NCBI GenBank assembly: GCA_903924185.1
Contig: CAIYAN010000038.1
Coordinates: forward strand, 1-43,031
Length of the DNA: 43,031 nucleotides
Source: an uncultured Opitutia bacterium
Lineage (GTDB): Bacteria > Verrucomicrobiota > Verrucomicrobiia > Opitutales > UBA953
Direction of reading: 5' to 3'
A model generated the notes under the pieces. It searched no databases. It saw only the letters and a list, made by a program, of their open reading frames with translations, and had not been told where the DNA came from. Positions 7,864 to 16,298 of the stretch are shown piece after piece; the first letter of the stretch is position 1; every line of letters begins with the position of its first letter. The position numbers were made by a program, and so were the translations under genes.

Positions 7864-9903
7864 ATGCAACCTTCCCGGCTAAACTTTAAGTTAGAGGCGG
7901 TCGCCAGCGGCTCCCGGGCCCGCGCGGCGACTTTCCGGACGTTGCATAACGAGGTGAAGACCCCGCTGTTCATGCCCGTGGGCACGCAGGCCACGGTCAA
8001 GGCCCAGACGTTCGACACGCTCCTGGAATCGGGTTCACAGATCCTGCTCGCGAATACCTACCACCTGTTACTCCGCCCCGGCCCCGAGGTCTTCCGCCAC
8101 TTTGGTGATATCCACCGTTTCACCGGCTGGGAGAAATCGTTCCTGACGGATTCCGGTGGGTTCCAGATTTTCTCCCTGCCACATTCGCGTTCCATCGAGG
8201 AAGAGGGCGCCGAATTCCGCAGCTACGTCGATGGTAAGAAGATCCTGCTCAGCCCTGAGGTCAGCATCGGTACGCAGATGGCCATTGGGAGCGATATCAT
8301 GATGGTGCTCGACCAGTGCATCCCCTCCACGGCCGATGAAGCTACGGCCCGTCGCGCACTCGAGATCACCCAGCGCTGGGCGGTGCGCAGCCTCAAGGCC
8401 CGCGGCGAGTCCCCGCAGTCGATGTTCGCGATCGTGCAAGGCGCCCTTTATCCACACTTGCGCAAGCAGAGCGCCGATGGGCTCACGCAGCTGCCCTTCG
8501 ATGGTTTCGCTATCGGCGGGCTCGCGGTCGGCGAAGAGAAGCACCAGCGCGAGGATACGTGTGAGGTCGCTGCAGCCATGCTGCCGGCCGACCGACCGCG
8601 TTACCTCATGGGCGTGGGTACGCCGCTCGACCTACTCGAAGCCGTCCACCGTGGGGTCGATATGTTCGACTGCATCATCCCGAACAAAGTCGCACAGTTC
8701 GGCACGGCATTCACCTCGCGTGGGCTGCTCCAGTTACGTCGTTCGGTCTATAAGTTCTCCGACGAGAAACTTGACCCGACCTGCCTCTGTCCGGTCTGCC
8801 GCAAGTATTCCCGCGGCTACCTCCATCACCTCACCAAGACGCAGGAGCCCCTAGGTTGGACGCTGCTGGGGCAGCATAACATCGCGTTCTACCACCAGTT
8901 GATGCGCGAGATTCGCCAAAGCATCCTCGAGGATCGTTTTCTCGCGCTGTATAACGAGAAGCGCCAGTTCCTGCAGGTCGAAGACATGGATCATCCGGCG
9001 GTGCCGCCGAAGGTCGGTAAAGAGCGCCGTCCGCGCACGCTCGGTAATTACACGGTCAATATCGCGGAGGCGGGCTTCGCTAGTATTCGCCAAGTCTCTT
9101 CCGGTGAAATCATGCATTCACACACGCCCCCCATGGAGGAGGCGAAGTCGCTCTACGTTGACCAGTCCGCCTTAGCGGAACGACTGCAACTGCCTGCGGG
9201 GAAGTCGCCCGAGGAAGTCCCTGAACTCGTCATCTGGGACGTCGGCCTCGGTGCCGCTGCCAACGCCATGGCCGCGGTGCAGTGTTACGAAGCCGCCGCC
9301 GCGCAAGGCCCGGTTCGGCGCCTCAAACTCATTAGCTTTGAGAACGACCTCGATTCACTGCGCTTGGCGCTAACGCATAAGTCTTACTTTCCGTATCTCC
9401 GACACTCTGGCCCTGACGCCGTGCTGGCGCGCGGGCAGTGGACGTCTCGCCAGTTTCCGGGACTATCCTGGGAACTCTTGGAAGGCGACTTCTGGGAGCG
9501 TGCGCCGCAGGCCTCGGCCAAGCCAGACCTCGTTTTCTACGACTTCTTCTCGCACAAGACCGACACCGCCTGTTGGAAGCTAGCGTCCTTCGCGCGCCTG
9601 TTTGAGCTCGTACGCTCCGAACGTTCGACCGAGCTCTTCACGTATTCGGCGTCGACCGCCGTGCGGGCGGGCCTGCTGCACGCGGGTTTCTTCGTCGGTG
9701 CGGGCGTTGGCACAGGCGTGAAGAAGGATACTACCGTCGCCCTCACGTCGGGTTGGTCCGGTGCCCCTCGCCATACCTTGCTGGGTTCCGAATGGCTAGG
9801 GAAGTGGGACCGCTCGCAAGCCAAGTTCCCCGATGGACTGACCGAGCCGGAACGCATTGCGTTCGAGGCCAAAATCCGCCGTCATCCGCAGTTCGCGGGT
9901 TGA
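7864..9903 (+). CDS. tgt: tRNA-guanine(34) transglycosylase fused to a C-terminal MnmC/MnmD-type (DUF752-like) SAM methyltransferase domain
   Basis: Tgt motifs: DSGGFQ, MVLDQC, GGLAVGE, DMFDC, and the Zn site CLCPVCRKYSRGYLHHL. The C-terminal ~290 aa has MnmC-methyltransferase-like motifs: IMHSHTPPMEEAKSLYV, VIWDVGLGAAANA, DLVFYDFFSHKTDTACW, LFTYSASTAVRAGLLHAGFFV. The start is placed at ATG 7864 (MQPSRLNF...) because the longer ORF from 7693 overlaps the divergent gene. Confidence 0.85.
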   Translation: MQPSRLNFKLEAVASGSRARAATFRTLHNEVKTPLFMPVGTQATVKAQTFDTLLESGSQILLANTYHLLLRPGPEVFRHFGDIHRFTGWEKSFLTDSGGFQIFSLPHSRSIEEEGAEFRSYVDGKKILLSPEVSIGTQMAIGSDIMMVLDQCIPSTADEATARRALEITQRWAVRSLKARGESPQSMFAIVQGALYPHLRKQSADGLTQLPFDGFAIGGLAVGEEKHQREDTCEVAAAMLPADRPRYLMGVGTPLDLLEAVHRGVDMFDCIIPNKVAQFGTAFTSRGLLQLRRSVYKFSDEKLDPTCLCPVCRKYSRGYLHHLTKTQEPLGWTLLGQHNIAFYHQLMREIRQSILEDRFLALYNEKRQFLQVEDMDHPAVPPKVGKERRPRTLGNYTVNIAEAGFASIRQVSSGEIMHSHTPPMEEAKSLYVDQSALAERLQLPAGKSPEEVPELVIWDVGLGAAANAMAAVQCYEAAAAQGPVRRLKLISFENDLDSLRLALTHKSYFPYLRHSGPDAVLARGQWTSRQFPGLSWELLEGDFWERAPQASAKPDLVFYDFFSHKTDTACWKLASFARLFELVRSERSTELFTYSASTAVRAGLLHAGFFVGAGVGTGVKKDTTVALTSGWSGAPRHTLLGSEWLGKWDRSQAKFPDGLTEPERIAFEAKIRRHPQFAG

Positions 9904-9909
9904 GCGGGT

Positions 9910-11406
9910 TTACTTCTCGATCACGCAGCGGTCGATTTCTTCGCCCTTCTCGTTGATGGTCCGCATCTCAAACTTCTTAGCGGTGAGGTCGACGACGCAG
10001 AAGGAGTGGAGGGCCTCGTAATACTTGGCGTTGAAGGGCGCGTAGTTGTCCTTCCCGCCGTTGGGCAGCTTGGCGAGGTTCTTGTCGACCGTGCCCGTGT
10101 AGAGCTTCGCCCCGCCGCCGCCTTGTACGACGTAGATGACGCCCTTCGGGTGCGTGTTCTTGGCCCCATCAAACGTTTCATCGAGTGTGAAGGCACCGTT
10201 CACGTAACTCGGCGGCGTCTTAGGTGCTCCGGAAGGATCGACGGCCTTAGGGTCGTCGGGTACCGGTTTGGCGGCCACGGCAGCGGCTACGCCCGTCGCT
10301 GGGAGGAAGCGGAAGGGTTTGCTACGTTGAAAATTATGGACGTGGCCGGCAAAGACGACGTCGACCCCATTCGCCTCGAAGATGGGGGCGAACTTACGTT
10401 GGCGTTGGTCGCCGTAGTGAGCCACCGTGACCTGAAAGGGTGGCATGTGTAATGCGACGAACTTCCAGGGCTGCTTGGTGGCCTTCAGGTCCTGGTCGAG
10501 CCAAGCCATAACCGCAGGGTCGTCCGACTTGCCGCCACCACTGTTGTCCAGCACGACGATGTGGGCCGCACCATAGTCGAACGAGTAGAAGCCGAGGGCA
10601 GGGTAGTTCTTGCCGGCGAGGGCCCGGAACTTGGTCGCGGCTTCACTCTTGGGGAGAGCTGTATTCCAAACGCCTTCCGGCAGGCCGTTCTGCGGGGCGT
10701 TGAAGAAGTAGTAGGCCGCGTAGGCGTCGTTGAAGGTCGTCAGCTTGGCGACCAAGGCATCGTGATTCCCGAGGACGGCGTAGAAGGGGACGGTGGCCAT
10801 CATGGGCGCGCCGTTCTTTTCGCTGGGCTCAGTGGGGTTGGTATAGGTACTCCAGAAATACTTCATGTAGTGGTAAGCACGACCAGAGGGGTAGATGATA
10901 TCGCCCAGCAGTACGGTGTAGTGCGGCTTCTGTAGGCTCATCTGGTAGGCCATAACGTTTTGGCTAGCTTTACCGTCGGCGAGGTCGCCAATCATGATGA
11001 AGCGCGTCGGCTTGCTACCGCTCACGCGGGTGTGGGTGGTCTGTTCGCGCACCACCTTGCCGTCCAATTTCACGACGTAAGTGAACGAGCTATCGAGGGG
11101 TAGGCCGGGGAGGGCGGCGGTATAACGGATATAGTGCTGATCCTTCTCCTGCGTGACCGGGGTCTTGGCTGCGGGAGCGGTGAAGTCCATCGCCGCTGAC
11201 TCGACCTTCGCAGGGATGAGTTTGAAACCTTTGGGGGCGTACTCGACCGTGAAGCGACCAGGTGTCTGGTCCGTCACCCAGATGACGCGCATCTCATCCG
11301 TGGATTCAGGCGTTCCTTGCGGTCCCGGCTGCAGGTAAGGCTGCGCTAAGATCGTCTGCGCCGAGGCAGCGGCGGTCAGGCATAGCAAGGACAGCAAGGT
11401 CTTCAT
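9910..11406 (-). CDS. Metallophosphoesterase, purple-acid-phosphatase-like, secreted
   Basis: 498 aa with a signal peptide. Motifs present: GDLADG, GDIIY, GNHD and GHVHNFQR. Confidence 0.85.
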   Translation of the reverse strand: MKTLLSLLCLTAAASAQTILAQPYLQPGPQGTPESTDEMRVIWVTDQTPGRFTVEYAPKGFKLIPAKVESAAMDFTAPAAKTPVTQEKDQHYIRYTAALPGLPLDSSFTYVVKLDGKVVREQTTHTRVSGSKPTRFIMIGDLADGKASQNVMAYQMSLQKPHYTVLLGDIIYPSGRAYHYMKYFWSTYTNPTEPSEKNGAPMMATVPFYAVLGNHDALVAKLTTFNDAYAAYYFFNAPQNGLPEGVWNTALPKSEAATKFRALAGKNYPALGFYSFDYGAAHIVVLDNSGGGKSDDPAVMAWLDQDLKATKQPWKFVALHMPPFQVTVAHYGDQRQRKFAPIFEANGVDVVFAGHVHNFQRSKPFRFLPATGVAAAVAAKPVPDDPKAVDPSGAPKTPPSYVNGAFTLDETFDGAKNTHPKGVIYVVQGGGGAKLYTGTVDKNLAKLPNGGKDNYAPFNAKYYEALHSFCVVDLTAKKFEMRTINEKGEEIDRCVIEK

Positions 11407-11525
11407 GGTGGGGCCCCTTTGCAGTAGGCGGGTTTTCAGGGGCGGGCAACAGGCTTTGCACCCGCTTTGCCTTTGGAAACGTCATTATCCCTGCTTAATC
11501 CTGGCTTAACCTCGTTTTTGTTAAG

Positions 11526-13745
11526 ATGTACTTCAAACTCTTGAAATCGATGAAGCTGCCCCCTCTGCGACTCTTTCTTTGGATTCTGGCGGCGGCGGCG
11601 TTCTGCCAGCCGCTTTCCGGGTGGGCTCAAGCCGCCGACCCTGAAGGCCGACCGCCTCGTCCTGAAGACGGCGGTGGTCCGCCGCAACGTGCCGGTCAAG
11701 GTCAACGTCCGCAGCGCCCGGGTCAAGGGGGTCCCGGCGGTGGTGGTAAAGGTCCAGGTGGTGGCGGTGCGAAAGGCCGTACGGGTGGCGTTGTCGTTAG
11801 TAACCGTCCGTTGCAAGATCTCTGGATTCCTCCGCTGGTCGAAGGAAAGACCTTTAATCTAGAACTGACGCAGTCGACGCGCAAGTTCCTCGCTGGCACA
11901 ACCCCGACGATGGGCTTCAACGGCGCCAGCTTCTGGGGTCCGACGCTGGTCTTCAACAAGGGCGAAACGGTACAGGTCAATTTTAAGAACAACCTTGATG
12001 AGGTGACGACGGTCCATTGGCACGGTTTTCACTTACCCGCGACGATGGACGGTGGTCCGCATCAGACGATTGCCGCCGGAGGGACGTGGTCGCCGTCCTG
12101 GAAGGTGGCGAACAACGCCGGGACGTATTGGTATCACCCGCACCCGCATGAGCTGACGCAGAAGCAAATCGCGATGGGCGCGGGCGGTCTCATCATTGTG
12201 CGCGACCCGGAAGAGGCCAAACTCGGGCTGCCGCGGACCTACGGCGTGGACGACCTCCCCGTGGTGCTGACGAGCCGCCGCTTCACGTCGAGTAACCAGT
12301 TCAGCTACGACGGCGATAACGATAAATACGGCGATTACTTGCTCACCAATGGCGTCATGGACGCCCAGACGAAACTGCCGGCCCAGTGGGTCCGCCTCCG
12401 GATTTTGAACGCTGAAATCGAGCGCGGGTATATCTTGGGCTTCGCGGATAACCGTGAATTCTACCAGATCGCCACCGACGGTGGCCTCGTCGATAAGCCC
12501 ATCCCGATGAAGCGGGTCACGCTCGTGGTCGGTGAACGTACCGAGATCTTGGTGAACCTCGGGGGCGACAAGGTCGGCGGTTCGCTCGACCTGATGGCTT
12601 ATAACTCCAATCAGCCCTTCGGCTTTCCCGGCGGCGAGCCCGGCAGTGGCGGCGCCAACGGGAGTTTGCTGAACAACGGTGATTTCCGGGTGCTCAAGAT
12701 TAACATCGGGCCCGCAAATGCGCAGAAGCTCGCGAAGATCCCCGAGGTCCTCACGAAGAATCACTTCCCAACCGACTCCGAGGTCACAGTCCGTCGCAAG
12801 CTCACGGTGGCGGGGGGCCGCCCGACGTTTAGTTTCGATGGCCTGAGTTTCGCCATGACCAAGGTGAACCAGGTAGTGAAGCTTGGCGATACCGAGACGT
12901 GGACAGTAACAAACAATAATATCTTCGGACACGCCTTCCACATCCATGATGTGCAGTTCAAGATTGTGAGCCGGAGTGATCGCGCCGTCGGTGAGTATGA
13001 GCAGGGCTGGAAGGACACGGCGTACCTACCGCGCGGGGCTTCGGTGACGTTTATTGCAAAGTTCGACGACTTCGCCAGCGATACCGATACGTTCATGTAC
13101 CACTGCCACATGGCAAACCACGAAGACGGCGGCATGATGGGGCAGTTCCTAGTGTCCCAGAACCCGTCTGCGCTCAAGAAAGACGCCTCCGGAGCCATTG
13201 TCTTCCGTCCGAAGATGGACCACCCGTTGACGGCTCAGCTCGTCGCTACGGCGGCCAAGCAGACCGGCACGTCCGCCCCGAACTTCACGTGGACCGACGC
13301 TGCTGGTAAGCCCACGAGCCTAACGGCAAATGCCGCCGGTCGCCCAACGTTATTGTATTTCATCGAAAAGGAATGCCCGTGTTCGCGCGAGGCGGCGGCC
13401 TACATTAACCAGCTACAGTCGGCGTATGGCTCCCATCTGCGTGTCGTGGGCATTATCAATGCCGACTCCACCGTGGCCGAAACGTGGTCCGCGGCCGCTA
13501 ACGCACAGTTCACGGTCGTGGCTGATCCTAAGTTCGAGGTCATCAATGCTTACAAGGCCGAGCGCAGCGCTTCAACCATCCTGGTCTCTAGTACGGGTGC
13601 GGTCGTGAAGTCCAATCCTGGCTATAGCGCCACCGTCCTCGATGAACTCTCCCGGCTGATCTCGCGCCAAGGCCGCACGCCGCCAGCGGAGGTGAGCTTC
13701 AAGAGTGCTCCGGAAAAGCTGACCTCAGGCTGTCCCCTGAAGTAA
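11526..13745 (+). CDS. Multicopper oxidase (CueO-like) with an N-terminal Gly/Pro/Arg-rich region and a C-terminal thioredoxin-fold (redoxin/AhpC-TSA-like) domain
   Basis: 739 aa with a signal peptide. Copper motifs: HWHG, WYHPHPH, HAFHIHD, HCHMANHEDGGMM. The last ~150 aa look thioredoxin-like (PTLLYFIEKECPCSREA ... VVGIINAD ... TILVSSTGAVV). An alternative start is ATG 11550. Confidence 0.85.
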   Translation: MYFKLLKSMKLPPLRLFLWILAAAAFCQPLSGWAQAADPEGRPPRPEDGGGPPQRAGQGQRPQRPGQGGPGGGGKGPGGGGAKGRTGGVVVSNRPLQDLWIPPLVEGKTFNLELTQSTRKFLAGTTPTMGFNGASFWGPTLVFNKGETVQVNFKNNLDEVTTVHWHGFHLPATMDGGPHQTIAAGGTWSPSWKVANNAGTYWYHPHPHELTQKQIAMGAGGLIIVRDPEEAKLGLPRTYGVDDLPVVLTSRRFTSSNQFSYDGDNDKYGDYLLTNGVMDAQTKLPAQWVRLRILNAEIERGYILGFADNREFYQIATDGGLVDKPIPMKRVTLVVGERTEILVNLGGDKVGGSLDLMAYNSNQPFGFPGGEPGSGGANGSLLNNGDFRVLKINIGPANAQKLAKIPEVLTKNHFPTDSEVTVRRKLTVAGGRPTFSFDGLSFAMTKVNQVVKLGDTETWTVTNNNIFGHAFHIHDVQFKIVSRSDRAVGEYEQGWKDTAYLPRGASVTFIAKFDDFASDTDTFMYHCHMANHEDGGMMGQFLVSQNPSALKKDASGAIVFRPKMDHPLTAQLVATAAKQTGTSAPNFTWTDAAGKPTSLTANAAGRPTLLYFIEKECPCSREAAAYINQLQSAYGSHLRVVGIINADSTVAETWSAAANAQFTVVADPKFEVINAYKAERSASTILVSSTGAVVKSNPGYSATVLDELSRLISRQGRTPPAEVSFKSAPEKLTSGCPLK

Positions 13746-13764
13746 GCGCTGCTGACAGTAAATA

Positions 13765-13802
13765 AAAAGCCCCGGCTGACTCGCGTCTCCGGGGCTTTTT
13801 TT
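13765..13802. terminator. Intrinsic terminator between convergent genes, usable in both directions
   Basis: AAAAAGCCCCGG...CCGGGGCTTTTTTT: a GC stem (13769-13776 with 13789-13796) flanked by an A-run and a T-run. Confidence 0.75.
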
Positions 13803-13816
13803 ACGGTGGTGAAAGG

Positions 13817-14602
13817 TTACTTCGTGCCGAAGAGGCCCGCGAGGAAGGTCTTCATCTCGGACCACGAGGCCTTGTCCGCGGCTTCATTGTAGGCTGCACC
13901 CTTGGAGTTATCGTTGCCGGCTTCCTTGTGCGTGAAGCTGTGGACGGCGCCCGGGTACTTGATGAGCTGGTAGGTGACCTTGGCTTCCTTAAGTTCCTTT
14001 TCAAAGGCGGTGACGTCCTTCGCGGCAACGTAGGGGTCGTCGGCACCATGCAGCGCGAGGACTTTACCCTTGATGTTCTTGCCATCGGCTGGGGTCGGGG
14101 AGTCGAGGCCGCCATGGAAGCTGACAACGCCCTTGAGGTCGGCACCGCTACGGGCGAGTTCAAGGACGGACGTGCCACCGAAACAATAGCCAGTGGCGGC
14201 GAGTTTGGAGAGGTCGGTGCGGCTGTCCTGCTTGAGGACGTCGAGCGCCGCGGTGAGGCGGGCGCGGAGGAGTCCGCGGTCCTTCTTGTATTTACCAGCT
14301 TCCTGTCCGGACGCCGGTGGTTGTGGGCGCACGCCCTTACCATAGACATCTGCGACGAGCACATTGTAGCCGAGTTCAGCCAATTGATGGGCTGCGGCCT
14401 TCTCGTGTGAGCTGATCCCCGTCCACTGGTGGACGACGAGGATTGCCGGGCGCTTGCCTGTGAGTGCGTCGTCATAGGCCTGCCAGCCTTCGCAGACGAC
14501 GTCACCAGACTTATATTCGACGGGTTTTTCAACGATGGCCGCGCCGAGTGGGCTGAGGAGGGCGACCGCGGTCAGGGCAGTGCAGCAGAGACGGGAGAGC
14601 AT
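13817..14602 (-). CDS. Dienelactone hydrolase family protein, secreted
   Basis: 261 aa with a signal peptide. Nucleophile motif GYCFGG, plus HGADD and GAVHSF. Confidence 0.85.
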   Translation of the reverse strand: MLSRLCCTALTAVALLSPLGAAIVEKPVEYKSGDVVCEGWQAYDDALTGKRPAILVVHQWTGISSHEKAAAHQLAELGYNVLVADVYGKGVRPQPPASGQEAGKYKKDRGLLRARLTAALDVLKQDSRTDLSKLAATGYCFGGTSVLELARSGADLKGVVSFHGGLDSPTPADGKNIKGKVLALHGADDPYVAAKDVTAFEKELKEAKVTYQLIKYPGAVHSFTHKEAGNDNSKGAAYNEAADKASWSEMKTFLAGLFGTK

Positions 14603-14709
14603 GGTAGAATCTAATTTGAAAGAAAGGCGGGGTGTGGCAAGGGTGTGTGACGATTATTTAACCTGCGGCAGGGTCGACTTCCGCGGCTTTTTCATTATTA
14701 ATAGTGGAG

Positions 14710-15411
14710 ATGAAACTGCAGACCCGCCGTTCCGCCGAGCGCGGCCACGCCGACCATGGCTGGCTTCAGACCTGGCATTCGTTCAGCTTCGGGGAGTATC
14801 ACGATCCGAAGCACATGGGTTTCCGTTCCTTGCGCGTCATCAACCAAGACATCATCGCGGCCGGCGAAGGCTTTCCTCCGCATGGCCACCGCGACATGGA
14901 AATCTTCAGCTACGTGCTGGAGGGCACCATCGAGCACCGCGACAGCATGGGTAATCATGCGCAGGTACAGCCCGGCCAGATCCAGGTCATGAGTGCGGGT
15001 GCGGGCGTGAAGCACAGCGAGTTCAACCCTTCCGCCACCGAGCGCCTGCAGATCCTGCAGGTTTGGATTCAACCGGACCGGGCCGGCCTGAAGCCGCGCT
15101 ATGCCGAATGGACGCCGACGCCGGCCCAACTGGACGCACCTAAGGTCCTCATTATCTCTAACGACGGCCGCGAGGGCTCGGCCCACATTAGCCAAGATGC
15201 CGATGTCTATCGCGTGAAGTCCGCCAAGGCTTTGACCGTGGCGCACGACTTAGCGAAGGGCAGGGGGCTTTGGTTCCAGCTGATCACGGGCGAAGTCACG
15301 GTCGGTGGCGTGACGCTAAAGCCTGGCGATGCGGTGAGTTCCGATGAGGCTGGCCGCTTCGAATTCGTCTCCACTGGGACGGTGGAAGCGCTCTTGTTCG
15401 ACCTTGCGTAA
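14710..15411 (+). CDS. Pirin family protein (bicupin, quercetinase-like)
   Basis: Motifs HADHGWLQTWHSFSF and FPPHGHRDMEIFSYVLEG are characteristic of pirin. The ORF can also start at GTG 14704. Confidence 0.88.
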   Translation: MKLQTRRSAERGHADHGWLQTWHSFSFGEYHDPKHMGFRSLRVINQDIIAAGEGFPPHGHRDMEIFSYVLEGTIEHRDSMGNHAQVQPGQIQVMSAGAGVKHSEFNPSATERLQILQVWIQPDRAGLKPRYAEWTPTPAQLDAPKVLIISNDGREGSAHISQDADVYRVKSAKALTVAHDLAKGRGLWFQLITGEVTVGGVTLKPGDAVSSDEAGRFEFVSTGTVEALLFDLA

Positions 15412-15437
15412 GGCCTGTCGAAGGAGAGTATCTGGTC

Positions 15438-15677
15438 ATGTCCGCACCGCATATCCCGCAAAAGTCCCCGCTCCCCGTCCTCGTAGAGGCCGGCAAGACC
15501 TACTACTGGTGTTCCTGCGGCCATTCGAAGACCCAGCCATTCTGCGATGGTGCCCACAAGGGGTCGGCCTTCGCCCCGGTTCCTTATCAGGCTGAAGCCA
15601 ACGGCACGGTCTATTTCTGCGCCTGCAAGCACTCCAAGAAGGGTGCCCTCTGCGACGGCTCGCACAAGGCCCTCTAA
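15438..15677 (+). CDS. CDGSH iron-sulfur domain protein with two CDGSH motifs
   Basis: 79 aa containing CSCGHSKTQPFCDGAH and CACKHSKKGALCDGSH. AGGAGA lies about 10 nt upstream of the ATG. Confidence 0.9.
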   Translation: MSAPHIPQKSPLPVLVEAGKTYYWCSCGHSKTQPFCDGAHKGSAFAPVPYQAEANGTVYFCACKHSKKGALCDGSHKAL

Positions 15678-15706
15678 GTTTTTCCAACCATACACGCCAC
15701 CCACCT

Positions 15707-16177
15707 ATGAAACTCGCCGCTAACATCGTCGCCGCCCTCCTGGGCGCGATCTTCATCGTCTTCGGACTCAACTTCTTCTTCAACTTCATCGCCATCCCGC
15801 ACCCGCCCGAAGGCTCCCCGGCTGCCGCCTTCATCGGCGCCATGTATAGCACGGGCTACCTTAAACTCGTGAAAATTCTGGAAATCACTGGTGGCCTTCT
15901 CCTCGTCCTGCCGCGTCTCCGTTGCCTCGGCCTTATCATCATCGGGACCATCGTCTTCAATATCGCCTGCATCCATCAGTTCATGTTCGGCGGTCTCAAG
16001 GACCCCGTCGTGATCTTCTCGGCCCTCGCCTGCTTGTTCCTGGCCTATGACGCTTGGAAGAAGTGCCGTGGCTGCGGTTGCTGCGCTGCTTGCACGTGCG
16101 GTTGCCAGTCTGACAGCTCCGCTGGTTCCTGCTGCTCCACCGAGTCCAACTCGGGTTGCTGCGGCGATAAGAAGTAA
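15707..16177 (+). CDS. DoxX-like four-helix membrane protein with a Cys-rich C-terminal tail
   Basis: 156 aa. Four hydrophobic helices are followed by KKCRGCGCCAACTCGCQSDSSAGSCCSTESNSGCCGDKK, which has 11 Cys in 39 residues. Confidence 0.7.
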   Translation: MKLAANIVAALLGAIFIVFGLNFFFNFIAIPHPPEGSPAAAFIGAMYSTGYLKLVKILEITGGLLLVLPRLRCLGLIIIGTIVFNIACIHQFMFGGLKDPVVIFSALACLFLAYDAWKKCRGCGCCAACTCGCQSDSSAGSCCSTESNSGCCGDKK

Positions 16178-16200
16178 GCCGGCCGCCAAGCCGACCCCTC

Positions 16201-16227
16201 AGCCCCGGAGACCCCGGGGCTTTTTGT
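16201..16227 (+). terminator. Intrinsic terminator of the pirin/CDGSH/DoxX-like operon
   Basis: AGCCCCGG-AGACC-CCGGGGC followed by TTTTT. Confidence 0.75.
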
Positions 16228-16298
16228 TGTCCGGATAGCTGGGGAGCGAGGCTGGGCTTGCTCGTGGTCAGAACCCGTCCAATAAAGAGGGTATCCCC

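Noticed and set aside
11640-11800. Repetitive GGT/GGC/CCG-rich DNA that could be taken for a tandem repeat element.
   Set aside because: It is in frame within the multicopper oxidase gene and encodes its Gly/Pro/Arg-rich linker, so it is treated as coding low complexity.
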